Assembly (NCBI GenBank): GCA_964433095.1
Contig: CAYSPW010000002.1
Coordinates: 9,498-73,497, forward strand
Direction of reading: 5' to 3'
DNA from: an uncultured Gammaproteobacteria bacterium
GTDB lineage: Bacteria; Patescibacteriota; Patescibacteriia; Magasanikbacterales; UBA922
Length of the DNA stretch: 64,000 bases
Below, piece by piece: positions 50,350-59,426 of the stretch. The translations under genes were made by a program, and so were the position numbers. The notes beneath the pieces were generated by a model that had not been told where the DNA came from, searched no databases, and saw nothing but the letters and a program-made list of their open reading frames with translations. The stretch's first letter is position 1. Every line of letters begins with the position of its first letter.

Positions 50350-51370
50350 TTTTTTTTAACATTTTTTTAATATTGGTTATCTCATCTTTATGGCACACAA
50401 AAAGAACATCTTTTGTGTTCACCACCATAATTCCCTCCAAGCCGGCCGTGGCCACCAACTTTTCATCTTCTTCCGAATAAATCAAACAGTCCTTGTCTTG
50501 ACGCGAAACCACCTTGCCGCGATAAAAATTTTTTTCCGGATCCGGCTGTAAAGTTTCTTTAAGCGCGTAGAGTGTTCCCGGATCGCTCCAGCCCAAATTA
50601 ACCTTCAGTACCAAGGCTTCGCTCGCTTCTATCTTTTCCAGTATGGCTTTGTCAAAATGCAAAGGTTCCAATTGCGGATAAATTTGTTCAAGTTTGCTCT
50701 CATCGGCAATGATTTGTGTCAGTTTGGCATGCGTTTGAGGCACGTGTTTTTCATAAAGCGATAAAACAAAATCAATATTAAACACAAAATAGCCCGGATT
50801 CCACAGCCAGCTGCCGCTGGCCAGCATTTTTTCGCATAAAACCAAATCCGGCCGGTATTTCCAGCCTTCAAAAGCATGTATATCACTCTCCAGTTCAGCC
50901 CCTACTTTGATCCAGCCCAAATTCTCATTGGCAAATCGCGGTTTTTCAGCCAAAAAAACGATTTTATCCGGGTCATCTTCCACCAATGATCGGGCTCGCT
51001 TCAGAGCGGCCGTAAATCTGTCCGGATAGTCAACAAAATGATCGGACCAGAGCAAAGTGACCGTGCCGGAAAAGCCTTGTTTTTTCAAACGCATCAAGGC
51101 CAATCCGACAGCCGGAGCCAAATCCCTGCGAGCCGGTTCAAACAAAATATTATCCTTTTTAAAGTCCGGCAGCTGATCAAGGATTAATTGTTCGTAATCT
51201 TGATTAGTGGAAATGTAAATATTGTCACGACCGAATTCTTTTACTCGGTCGCAAGCCATCTGCAGAGTGGAACGGTCTGATTTCAATTTTTCAAACTGCT
51301 TGGGCGTGCGCCGTCGGCTGATCGGCCACAAGCGGGTTCCGGCGCCGCCGGCGAATATAATTAATTTCAT
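50318..51370 (-). CDS. sugar-phosphate nucleotidyltransferase (mannose-1-phosphate guanylyltransferase-like); start at MKLIIFAGG
   Basis: G-rich NTP-transferase motif IFAGGAGTRLWP; long track N-extension rejected. Confidence 0.7.
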   Translation of the reverse strand: MKLIIFAGGAGTRLWPISRRRTPKQFEKLKSDRSTLQMACDRVKEFGRDNIYISTNQDYEQLILDQLPDFKKDNILFEPARRDLAPAVGLALMRLKKQGFSGTVTLLWSDHFVDYPDRFTAALKRARSLVEDDPDKIVFLAEKPRFANENLGWIKVGAELESDIHAFEGWKYRPDLVLCEKMLASGSWLWNPGYFVFNIDFVLSLYEKHVPQTHAKLTQIIADESKLEQIYPQLEPLHFDKAILEKIEASEALVLKVNLGWSDPGTLYALKETLQPDPEKNFYRGKVVSRQDKDCLIYSEEDEKLVATAGLEGIMVVNTKDVLFVCHKDEITNIKKMLKKIERQGMDHYL

Positions 51371-52005
51371 AGTATGATATTTTTTACAAAAGTATAGATC
51401 GGCTGGGCGATATTGGATAAAAGCCAAAAAGAAAAGAATGAATAAAAAAATGCCACCATGATTGCTCCCAAAATATCCCGTGGATAATGCACTCCGGCAT
51501 AAACCCTTCCCACGCCTATAAGGAAAGCGCAAATCAAGCTTAGCAAGAAAAAACAAAATCCCGCTCCCAGCAAATATGGTATAATGGCCAGTACTAAAGC
51601 TATGGTGGTGTGGTCCGATGGAAAAGACTTCCAGGTCTTGTACGGAGCAAATAGCTGTTTGATTCGCGGAAACTCGACGATCGGCCGGCGCTTGGACAAC
51701 ATTATTCCCAGCAGCCAATTGGTGGCGATAGCGAAAGCGAACGCGCTCAGAAGCAGCTTGACAAACAACACAAACCGGGCCGGATCTTCTTCGCTAAAAG
51801 CGAGCACGCCCCAGCTTAACACAATAAAAGCCAAAATGTAAATAAGCCAGTGGGAAAACACCAACATGACGATATCCAGCCATTTTCTTCTGCCTATCTG
51901 CTTATTGGTCCAAAAAAACAGCTTATGGCTCCAGCTTAACCTCATAATACGATCAATGTAAATATATGCATATATGATAGCTAAATTATGCCAAATTTGC
52001 AACAT
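51367..52005 (-). CDS. PAP2-family phosphatase (undecaprenyl-diphosphatase-like), start uncertain
   Basis: PAP2 motifs KxxxxxxRP-like, PSDH, GRVYAGVHYPRD; multi-TM. Confidence 0.7.
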   Translation of the reverse strand: MLQIWHNLAIIYAYIYIDRIMRLSWSHKLFFWTNKQIGRRKWLDIVMLVFSHWLIYILAFIVLSWGVLAFSEEDPARFVLFVKLLLSAFAFAIATNWLLGIMLSKRRPIVEFPRIKQLFAPYKTWKSFPSDHTTIALVLAIIPYLLGAGFCFFLLSLICAFLIGVGRVYAGVHYPRDILGAIMVAFFYSFFSFWLLSNIAQPIYTFVKNIIL

Positions 52006-52115
52006 TTCAACAGCCTAAAAATCATTGCCGGCCGTTACTATTGATTTTTGTTTCAATTTAGTGTATAATCCATCTGAGTTTTCATATTCTTTAACTAAGT
52101 GAATGGAAAAAAGAT

Positions 52116-52316
52116 ATGGCATTACCAGCAAAAAAAAGGACCAGAACATCAAAAAGGCAACGCGCTTCTCACTTTGCCTTGGATAAAATATCAGTTGTCA
52201 AGTGCGAAAAATGCGGCCAACCGTCAAGACCGCACCGAGCGTGCCCTAATTGCGGATACTACAAAGGAAAAATGGTAATTGATGTTAAAAGCAAAGATAA
52301 TAAAAAAAGTAAATAA
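52116..52316 (+). CDS. rpmF: 50S ribosomal protein L32
   Basis: MALPAKKRTRTSKRQRASH... plus CxxC...CxxC. Confidence 0.9.
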   Translation: MALPAKKRTRTSKRQRASHFALDKISVVKCEKCGQPSRPHRACPNCGYYKGKMVIDVKSKDNKKSK

Positions 52317-52353
52317 ATCAATACAAAAAAAGTTCATTTAACCAAAATAAAAT

Positions 52354-52833
52354 ATGTCAAGCAGACATTTAGCTCGTTCCATAGCCATGCAAAGCTTGTA
52401 TCAATGGGATTTCAAGGGTCGGCCAACCGCCGTATTGCCGGCTATTATAGAACACAATTTGGAAGAATTCGGTCCCGGACTGGAAGATGAAAAAAAATTT
52501 GTTCATGATACGGTTGACGGCGTGATAGATCATCTGAATAAAATCGACAAATTGATCGAAAACTTTTCCACAAACTGGCCGCTGGAGCAGATATCAATCG
52601 TGGACAGAAATGTCTTGCGCATTGGGGTGTACGAGTTAAAATTTAATGACAATATTCCGGCCAAAGTAGCAATTAATGAAGCCATAGAACTGGCTAAAAA
52701 TTTTGGCGGCGGCGCTTCCGGTAAATTTGTTAACGGTATATTGGGAGCGATTTACCAACAGATGGACAATGACGACAAACAACAAAATACCAAAGCGGAA
52801 GGGGAAAAGCAAGCGCGAGCTGACAATAATTGA
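52354..52833 (+). CDS. nusB: transcription antitermination factor NusB
   Basis: NusB signature ([14 protein letters not shown]) and helical core. Confidence 0.85.
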   Translation: MSSRHLARSIAMQSLYQWDFKGRPTAVLPAIIEHNLEEFGPGLEDEKKFVHDTVDGVIDHLNKIDKLIENFSTNWPLEQISIVDRNVLRIGVYELKFNDNIPAKVAINEAIELAKNFGGGASGKFVNGILGAIYQQMDNDDKQQNTKAEGEKQARADNN

Positions 52834-52927
52834 TTATTATTAAGATAATATAAACAGCCTTTAATCTTTTGTATACCTTTTTTTAAACAGGTATACAAAA
52901 AAATATGGGCTTTTTAAAATAAACAGT

Positions 52928-53689
52928 ATGGTCGTACAAGCCTATAGAGAAAAAAAATTCTCCCGATTGGAGGAAAACATCGGTATTAAATTTAACAATC
53001 CCGATTTGTTGGTGCAAGCGATGGTGCATCGCTCGTTTTTAAACGAAAATCGTGATTTTCCTCTGCCCCACAACGAAAGAATGGAATTTTTAGGAGACGC
53101 GGTTTTGGAGCTGGCGGTAACCGAGTTTTTGTTTGAAAATTATCTTAATCCGGAGGGCGAACTGACCAACTGGCGGGCGGCACTGGTAAACGCTAAAATG
53201 TGCGCCCGAGTGTCCAATGAACTGGACTTGAATTCTTATCTTTTTCTCAGCCATGGCGAACAGAAAGATGACAGTAAAAAAGCGCGCGACTATATACTGT
53301 CAAACGCGATTGAAGCTTTGATCGGAGCGATATATTTGGATCAAGGCTGGGATATTGCCAAGCAATTCATTCTCCGCAATATTGTTGACAAACTGCCCGA
53401 AGTGCTGGAAAAAGGCTTATGGATGGATCCGAAATCCAGATTCCAGGAAGCATCACAGGAAAAAACCGGGGTTACACCCATGTATAAAGTTCTCAAAGAA
53501 GAAGGTCCGGATCATGATAAACTGTTCGTGGTCGGCGTCTATTTGGACAAACAAAAAATAGCGGAAGGCGAAGGCGGCTCAAAGCAGGAAGCGCAAGTGG
53601 CCGCGGCCGAACAAGCTCTGGAAGAAAAAAAATGGAAAGGGCCGAAAGTGGAAATTCTGGAACGAGGGCCGGAAGATTTGATCGGATAA
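52928..53689 (+). CDS. rnc: ribonuclease III
   Basis: RNase III signature ERMEFLGDAVLE and C-terminal dsRBD. Confidence 0.9.
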   Translation: MVVQAYREKKFSRLEENIGIKFNNPDLLVQAMVHRSFLNENRDFPLPHNERMEFLGDAVLELAVTEFLFENYLNPEGELTNWRAALVNAKMCARVSNELDLNSYLFLSHGEQKDDSKKARDYILSNAIEALIGAIYLDQGWDIAKQFILRNIVDKLPEVLEKGLWMDPKSRFQEASQEKTGVTPMYKVLKEEGPDHDKLFVVGVYLDKQKIAEGEGGSKQEAQVAAAEQALEEKKWKGPKVEILERGPEDLIG

Positions 53690-53695
53690 AATTAG

Positions 53696-53768
53696 GCGCC
53701 GTTAGCTCAGTTGGTAGAGCAGTTGCCTCTTAAGCAAACGGTCGAGGGTTCGAATCCCCCACGGCGCA
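53696..53768 (+). tRNA. tRNA-Lys (anticodon CTT), hand-folded, two stem mismatches
   Basis: acceptor GCGCCGT/ACGGCGC, D-arm GCTC-AGTTGGTA-GAGC, anticodon loop CTCTTAA, T-loop TTCGAAT. Confidence 0.7.
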
Positions 53769-53798
53769 CCGAGCGGCTTCGCCGCTTTAAAATTTCAC

Positions 53799-53872
53799 GC
53801 ACCCGTAGTTCAACTGGATAGAACGCCTGGCTTCGGACCAGGAAGTTGTGGGTTCGAATCCTGCCGGGTGTA
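53799..53872 (+). tRNA. tRNA-Arg (anticodon TCG)
   Basis: acceptor GCACCCG/CGGGTGT, anticodon stem CCTGG/CCAGG loop CTTCGGA, T-arm GTGGG-TTCGAAT-CCTGC. Confidence 0.8.
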
Positions 53873-53881
53873 CTCAAGTAC

Positions 53882-53955
53882 GGGCTGTTAGCTCAGTTGG
53901 CTAGAGCGTTGCATTCGCATTGCAAAGGCCGCCGGTTCAAATCCGGCACAGTCCA
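53882..53955 (+). tRNA. tRNA-Ala (anticodon CGC) with G3:U70 identity pair
   Basis: acceptor GGGCTGT/ACAGTCC (G3-T70), anticodon stem TTGCA/TGCAA loop TTCGCAT, T-arm GCCGG-TTCAAAT-CCGGC. Confidence 0.85.
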
Positions 53956-53962
53956 CAAAAAA

Positions 53963-53990
53963 CAACCCAAATGAATGGGTTGTTTTTGTT
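53963..53990 (+). terminator. rho-independent terminator after rnc-tRNA cluster
   Basis: CAACCCA...TGGGTTG hairpin followed by TTTTTGTTTT. Confidence 0.6.
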
Positions 53991-54002
53991 TTATTCTTTT
54001 TT

Positions 54003-54209
54003 TTACTTTTTGCCGTACTTTGACAGCATTACGGCTACGTTGACCGCGGACAAACCAACCAATGAATACACGATTCTGGAAAGCATTGACATGTCGCCGA
54101 AAAGAGTGGCCACCAAGTCAAAATTCAATAATCCGACCAAACCCCAGTTTAAACCGCCTACCACCACCAATACCAAAGCGACCCAATCCAGCCAATTTAA
54201 TTTTTTCAT
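54003..54209 (-). CDS. DUF378-like small membrane protein
   Basis: 68 aa, two TM helices, GGLNWGLVG motif. Confidence 0.6.
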   Translation of the reverse strand: MKKLNWLDWVALVLVVVGGLNWGLVGLLNFDLVATLFGDMSMLSRIVYSLVGLSAVNVAVMLSKYGKK

Positions 54210-54264
54210 ATGACAAGCATTTTTTTGTATAAATATTAAAAGCGACCTTTATTTTACTGTTGCT

Positions 54265-54273
54265 ATTATACCA
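54265..54273 (-). promoter_or_regulatory. extended -10 element (TGgTATAAT) upstream of DUF378 gene
   Basis: sequence read on minus strand, correct distance from start codon. Confidence 0.4.
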
Positions 54274-54300
54274 TAAAACGGCATTTTTGTGAAAATAAAC

Positions 54301-54321
54301 CCCCGCCAAATTGGCGGGGGG
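54301..54321. terminator. GC-rich hairpin CCCCGCC-aaatt-GGCGGGG with flanking T-runs on both strands (bidirectional terminator; ends minus-strand ncRNA)
   Basis: perfect 7-bp stem; T-rich tract on minus strand after hairpin. Confidence 0.6.
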
Positions 54322-54571
54322 TTACTTTTAACTGTACCCAAGAAGATATACGTTAGGAATATTACGAGCCGAAACCTGTAAGACCCTAGAGCATATCCCC
54401 ATGCTTGTCGTGGGCACAGAGCGTTGTATCACTGGGCAAATAAAGGGTCGAATCCAGATATACAAAGCTCCGTGCCCCTCTTCGCGCCCTGACCAAATCA
54501 AGGGTGGCACAGTTGTAAATTTTGTTTTCGTTAGCACGGCAACGCAAAATTTTGCTCTATGCTTAAGCTAA
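54322..54571 (-). ncRNA. candidate ~250-nt structured ncRNA of uncertain class (tmRNA-like GGGG...UCUGGAUUCGAC motif and SRP-like GGUCAGG...GAAG motif)
   Basis: bracketed by consensus sigma70 promoter and strong terminator; no ORF; GC-richer than surrounding. Confidence 0.4.
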
Positions 54572-54577
54572 CATACA

Positions 54578-54606
54578 ATTTTAGCAAAAACCAGATATAT
54601 TGTCAA
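54578..54606 (-). promoter_or_regulatory. near-consensus sigma70 promoter TTGACA-17 bp-TAAAAT driving the candidate ncRNA
   Basis: -35 TTGACA (54601..54606 rc), 17-nt spacer, -10 TAAAAT (54578..54583 rc). Confidence 0.55.
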
Positions 54607-54669
54607 GAGATTTACTCGGCAACCAGCTAAATTACGCTAATTTATGCAAAAAAATTAACTGACCATACC

Positions 54670-56622
54670 TTAATCGCTTTCTTCGGCCACGCTATTATCA
54701 TCCGTATTTTCAGCTTCATCAATTCCAATTCCAACCAGGCATATCTCGGGCAGCGGCCGGTAATGGGAAGAATACACTATTTTTTTCTCGTCTTCACCCG
54801 GTAATTGCCTAACGTAAGTGAAATACGCGTTCGCTCCGGTATATGCGTGCTGACATTGTTTTTCACCCGGATCCAGCTTGGTCGTTTCCACGATTCTGGT
54901 TTCACCGGGGGGAATCCAAGCGGTAACCTTGGGATGAGTATAATATGCCTTGCGCCCGTCATCGGTCCCCCACAAGGTGAATATAAGCTCCATGCGGTTG
55001 TAGTCGGCCTCGGCCTGCAGCAACACATAGTTGTCAGTATCGTTTTTGAATTTAAAATCAGGAGCCGGATCATAAATGGTAGCGTCCGTGCCGGGCAAGC
55101 CGTTGACCGGATCATCGTAATAATGTACCACCAGCGAATGGTTGCGCCTCTCCACTATCTCCATGCCCGAGTTCATGGCCATTCTGAATAAAGTGGTACC
55201 GATCTGGCACAAGCCACCGCCGATCTCCGGCTTTATCTCATCGCCTTTGATAACCAATTCCGGGTAATATCCGCCTTCAATGGTAAACGGCCTGGTGTAA
55301 ACCAAGGTGGAAAAAATCTCATCCGGCTTAACCAACACACCGTTCAATTTGGCCACCGCGTTGGCGATATTTCTGATTCTGTTTCTCGGACTGCCGGAAA
55401 AGTCGGAAATACCCACTCCCAGAACTTCCGCCACCCCAAGATCATTAACCTGCCCGGTCTTTATCTCCGGCTCTACCTGCTCAATTGCCAGCTGCACCTG
55501 TTCAACCAACCCCTCGTCATGCCAGCTGCGTTGTAAAATGGCGTCATTGATTAAATCATAACCACCCTCCTCGTCAAGACTGATTCCGGGGCGCGACCCT
55601 TTAAATTCCACCACCCGGCCGTATTGATTCATTTCAAACCTGGCATTTTCGGCCTGTACATCCACGATCGGCGCCACGTTTATTTCAAAATAGCTTAAAA
55701 CCGCGTTTTTATCCAGACCAAAACCGATTTCTTGTTGATCATTTTTCTGCACTTGCAGCCAATCGCGTAGATGACTCAATTTCAAAAACCAATTGTATTC
55801 TCTGTTCAAATGCGGATCGGTATAACTGAGCCTCAATCCTCCTAAAGCGAATATATCGGCCAGCCTTGGTTCAATTAATTCCACATCGCTTTCAACTATT
55901 GTCGGTTCGGTTTTCTTGTTCTCAATATATATATCCACCGGTTTCAACTTGGACCAACCATGCTTAATCTGAGCCGGTACCGTATCAAGGACATAAACCA
56001 CTCCGGGGGAAGATGACGTTATTTCGTAATCAAGCGGCACCACGCTCGTTATTTCAATATTGGCATTACGATGCTCCCGCTGGTGCGGCTGAAAACGTTC
56101 TCGCAGAATTTCCATAATTTTTTGCTGATTGACTTGTATGTTCTCAATTAAGAGCCTTTGTGAGTTTAGCCGGCTTGCAATCACGTTGTAGATATTGGAA
56201 AGCAAATCATCTCTTTTTCCATAAGCAAGCAGACGATCTGCCTCTTTATGCGCGTCCACGTAAACCAAATCAATGGAGCCGTCCTCGCCCACAATCAAGG
56301 GTGAAAGTATTAATTGCTGCCGTTCACCGGACGGGGCGTCAAAGCTGAATTTCAAACCTTGACTCGTCAGCTGGTCATTTTTTGACTGTATCAAATCCAC
56401 CAGCTCGTATCTTTTCATTCCTCCGATCAAATATTCTCCCAAATAAATGCCGGGGTTGACTCGATTTTGATAGCTGCCGGCGTAGCTCAAAAGTCCGAGA
56501 AAAAATCCGGATGAGACCACCACCAATATAATTAAAAAAATCCACAGCTTTTTCCAAGGGAATGCCGGTTTTCTTCTAAAAAGTCTGACTATTTTTTCGC
56601 GCGCGCTGTCTTTATCAAGCAT
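54670..56622 (-). CDS. VanW-family protein with N-terminal TM anchor
   Basis: C-terminal VanW core (GGGLCQIGTTLFRMAMNSG); 650 aa. Confidence 0.75.
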   Translation of the reverse strand: MLDKDSAREKIVRLFRRKPAFPWKKLWIFLIILVVVSSGFFLGLLSYAGSYQNRVNPGIYLGEYLIGGMKRYELVDLIQSKNDQLTSQGLKFSFDAPSGERQQLILSPLIVGEDGSIDLVYVDAHKEADRLLAYGKRDDLLSNIYNVIASRLNSQRLLIENIQVNQQKIMEILRERFQPHQREHRNANIEITSVVPLDYEITSSSPGVVYVLDTVPAQIKHGWSKLKPVDIYIENKKTEPTIVESDVELIEPRLADIFALGGLRLSYTDPHLNREYNWFLKLSHLRDWLQVQKNDQQEIGFGLDKNAVLSYFEINVAPIVDVQAENARFEMNQYGRVVEFKGSRPGISLDEEGGYDLINDAILQRSWHDEGLVEQVQLAIEQVEPEIKTGQVNDLGVAEVLGVGISDFSGSPRNRIRNIANAVAKLNGVLVKPDEIFSTLVYTRPFTIEGGYYPELVIKGDEIKPEIGGGLCQIGTTLFRMAMNSGMEIVERRNHSLVVHYYDDPVNGLPGTDATIYDPAPDFKFKNDTDNYVLLQAEADYNRMELIFTLWGTDDGRKAYYTHPKVTAWIPPGETRIVETTKLDPGEKQCQHAYTGANAYFTYVRQLPGEDEKKIVYSSHYRPLPEICLVGIGIDEAENTDDNSVAEESD

Positions 56623-56628
56623 CTTTTT

Positions 56629-57087
56629 TCACTCCTCAATAATGGTTATTGGAACCTTGCCTCCGCTAACCTGTTTTGGCGCTCTAATCAGAAGCACTCC
56701 ATTTTTGTACTCGGCGCGAGCCGCGTCTCCCTTGACATGGCTGGGCAGCACTATGGTGCGGGAAAATTTACCCCAAAAACATTCCCGATAAAAAAAATCC
56801 AGGTTTTTGTCAGGCAACGGAAAATTACGACTGCCTCTCACAGTGAGAAGATCATGGTGGATAAAAACTTCTATCTTGTCGGTCAACGCTCCGGCCATGG
56901 TGGAGATAACCACGATTTCATCTCTGGTTTCAGCCACATCTATGGCCAACTGTCCTTCCACGTGCTCGCTGTGCCAATCATCGGAAATCTCCATTCGCGA
57001 AGGCTCGGCCGATGCTTTGGCGTCCGCGCCGTCCTTGGCATTGAGAATCATCTCAAAAACTGCGGATTTTTTAGGTTCCTGATTCAT
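56629..57087 (-). CDS. Hsp20/alpha-crystallin family small heat-shock protein
   Basis: alpha-crystallin domain with C-terminal AEYKNGVLLIRAPK and I-x-I tail. Confidence 0.85.
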   Translation of the reverse strand: MNQEPKKSAVFEMILNAKDGADAKASAEPSRMEISDDWHSEHVEGQLAIDVAETRDEIVVISTMAGALTDKIEVFIHHDLLTVRGSRNFPLPDKNLDFFYRECFWGKFSRTIVLPSHVKGDAARAEYKNGVLLIRAPKQVSGGKVPITIIEE

Positions 57088-57179
57088 ATGTGACTATTAT
57101 ATACCAAAATACCAATTTGGTAAATAAAAAAACCGTATAATCCGGCTTAAGAAACCACCATTTGGTTTTTTAAATATTA

Positions 57180-57269
57180 TGGCGGAAGGGGCGGGATTCG
57201 AACCCGCGGTCCGCTTGCGCGGACAACAGTTTTCAAGACTGTCGCATTCAACCGCTCTGCCACCCTTCC
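57180..57269 (-). tRNA. tRNA-Ser (anticodon TGA), class II
   Basis: acceptor GGAAGGG/CCCTTCC, anticodon stem ACAGT/ACTGT loop CTTGAAA, long variable arm, T-arm GCGGG-TTCGAAT-CCCGC, CCA encoded. Confidence 0.85.
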
Positions 57270-57275
57270 CTGCGG

Positions 57276-57362
57276 CGGAGAGGGGGGGATTCGAACCCCC
57301 GAGCCGCTTGCGCGACTAACACCTTAGCAGGGTGCCCCTTTCAACCACTCAGGCACCTCTCC
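57276..57362 (-). tRNA. tRNA-Ser (anticodon GCT), class II
   Basis: acceptor GGAGAGG/CCTCTCC, anticodon loop CTGCTAA, long variable arm, T-arm GGGGG-TTCGAAT-CCCCC. Confidence 0.85.
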
Positions 57363-57493
57363 TTAATCAATAACAGGCATATTATAGCAAAAAAACACCA
57401 CTTGGTCAATACTAAAGCATAAGCATTGAATTTAACATATTTTAATGCTAAAATATACTTAATATTAAACTAAATCAGATATAGCGAACAACC

Positions 57494-58714
57494 ATGAAAA
57501 TTGCCATGATCGGGCAAAAAACCATTCCTTTCGTCAGGATAGGGGGCGGTATTGAAAAGCACGTGGAAGAGCTGTCCATACGATTAGTTAAACAAAGCCA
57601 CCAAGTATGGGTCTATTCCAGAAATTGGCATACCAAGAGAGGTAATCACCAAGAAAGATACAAAGGGGTGGAAATAATTTATCTGCCTTCCATTCCCACT
57701 AAAAACTTGGGTACCATTTCTCACGTACTGCTCTCCACTTTGCATGTTTTATTCAAAAAAGTGGATATTATTCATTTTCATGGAGTGGGTCCCTCCACCC
57801 TGGCCTGGATTCCGCGCCTGTTCAAGCCGCGAGTCAAGGTGGTAGTTACTTTTCACAGCATTGACCGCTTTCACAAAAAATGGGGCAGGTTCGCGAGAGC
57901 ATATTTAAGCTGGGGTGAATGGACCGCCTGTCATTTTCCGCATCGCACCATAGCGGTCTCGCGTTCCATTCAGCAGTACTGCCGCGAAAAATTCGGTAAA
58001 AAAATTTCCTACATTCCAAACGGCGTTGATCTAAAGGATGATATTAAGCCGGAAGACGATAAGCTAAAAAAATTCGGACTGAAAAAAAATCAATATATTC
58101 TTACCGTAGCCCGCTTGATCAAACACAAAGGCATACATCATTTGATAAAAGCATATATTAGATTGGAAAAAAGATATGGAGACGAAGACAAGAACTGGCC
58201 TGGTGGCAAAAAAATGAAACTGGCCATAGTGGGAGCTCCAAGCTTTACCGATGATTATCTTCAGTATCTGAAAAAACTGGCGGCCGAAAGCGAAAACATT
58301 TTGTTTGTCGGCTTTCAAACCGGCAAAACACTGGCCCAACTGTTCGTCAACGCCTATCTTTACGTGCATCCATCCGAATCCGAAGGACTTGCTTTATCCA
58401 TACTGGAGGCCATGAGCTACGGTAAATGCGTGCTGGTTTCAAACATCGCCGAAAATCTGGAAGCGGTGGGCGACACCGGTCGCGTATTCCGGTCCAAAAA
58501 CATAAAAAATCTGGAACAAAGCTTGGATCAAATATTGCGCTCAAAAAAAGAAATCAATCGCTGCGGGCGAGAAACTCGCGCCTTCGTCAGAAAAAATTTC
58601 AACTGGGATGATATTGTGAAACAAACCGAAGAACTATATAAAAAACCGTTTCACGCAACTAGCCGCGCAAATAACAAAATCCGCCTACCGCGCAATCCGG
58701 GTATTTTTCTTTGA
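57494..58714 (+). CDS. GT4-family glycosyltransferase
   Basis: GT-B fold; E-x7-E-like motif region (ESEGLALSILEAMSYGKCVLVS). Confidence 0.8.
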   Translation: MKIAMIGQKTIPFVRIGGGIEKHVEELSIRLVKQSHQVWVYSRNWHTKRGNHQERYKGVEIIYLPSIPTKNLGTISHVLLSTLHVLFKKVDIIHFHGVGPSTLAWIPRLFKPRVKVVVTFHSIDRFHKKWGRFARAYLSWGEWTACHFPHRTIAVSRSIQQYCREKFGKKISYIPNGVDLKDDIKPEDDKLKKFGLKKNQYILTVARLIKHKGIHHLIKAYIRLEKRYGDEDKNWPGGKKMKLAIVGAPSFTDDYLQYLKKLAAESENILFVGFQTGKTLAQLFVNAYLYVHPSESEGLALSILEAMSYGKCVLVSNIAENLEAVGDTGRVFRSKNIKNLEQSLDQILRSKKEINRCGRETRAFVRKNFNWDDIVKQTEELYKKPFHATSRANNKIRLPRNPGIFL

Positions 58715-59360
58715 GCGCCGCGGCCGCCGCCCGCATGGTAGCGCCGCTCGTGTAAACATCATCCACCAGGATGATCTTTTTTTTATCAAGGGCAGCCGAA
58801 TCTTTGGCGGTAAAAGCACCGGTCATATTTTTAATTCTTTGCGCGCGCGCCAACCGTGCTTGCTGCCCGGTGTTTTTAACCCTTATCAAAGCTTCAACCA
58901 CGGGCAAATTTAATGCTCGTCCGACCGACCGCGCCAAATAATCGCACTGATTGAACCCTCTTTGCGCTTGTCTTTTTCTATGTAGCGGGATTGGACAAAC
59001 GCAATGGAAACCGGCAAAAATATCTCCGTGCGTAAATAGAAATTTACTGATATTGTCGTTAATAACGGGCAGCAAGTCTTGCACAAAATTATACTTGAAA
59101 TTTTTAACCAATTCAGCCTGAATGGATTTATCGGTATTTTTATGCATCGCAATCATCATGAACAGATCACTTTGATGATGACAAGATGGACAAACCCTGC
59201 CACCGACGGAAATTTGGTGGCACGCCGGACAACAAAAAATACCGTCCGCGGCGGCATTCGCATCGCATTTTTCGCATAACCACTCCCCTTCTTTGTCACA
59301 ACCCAAACAAAAGACAGGAAAGATGTATTGCTTTAAATTGTTAAATAAATATTTCAGCAT
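58659..59360 (-). CDS. comF: ComF-family competence protein (phosphoribosyltransferase-like)
   Basis: N-terminal double zinc finger (CLGCD...CEKCD; CCPACH...CPSCH) and PRTase motif ILVDDVYTSGATM. Confidence 0.75.
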   Translation of the reverse strand: MLKYLFNNLKQYIFPVFCLGCDKEGEWLCEKCDANAAADGIFCCPACHQISVGGRVCPSCHHQSDLFMMIAMHKNTDKSIQAELVKNFKYNFVQDLLPVINDNISKFLFTHGDIFAGFHCVCPIPLHRKRQAQRGFNQCDYLARSVGRALNLPVVEALIRVKNTGQQARLARAQRIKNMTGAFTAKDSAALDKKKIILVDDVYTSGATMRAAAAALKEKYPDCAVGGFCYLRG

Positions 59361-59426
59361 AGCTTGTTACACTATGCCGAAAAAGAGATTAAATATCGCT
59401 AAATTTTTTACAAAAAAATATTAAAG

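Noticed and set aside
51371-51718. N-terminal 116-codon extension of the nucleotidyltransferase ORF
   Set aside because: The conserved NTP-transferase motif starts at the internal MKLIIFAGGAGTRLWP. The extension overlaps the PAP2 gene.
54322-54571. Calling this RNA a canonical tmRNA (ssrA) because of GGGG...GGAUUCGAC
   Set aside because: No tRNA-like T-arm (GGTTCGAxTCC) or matching 3' acceptor strand + ACCA is present within the ~250-nt transcribed unit. Also no plausible tag ORF ending in hydrophobic AA codons. Kept only as candidate ncRNA.
54322-54571. RNase P RNA assignment (CCACGACA ... ACAGGUUUCGGCU resembles the P4 3' strand region)
   Set aside because: The universally conserved 5' P4 strand GGAAAGUCCGG is absent and the unit is too short (~250 nt).
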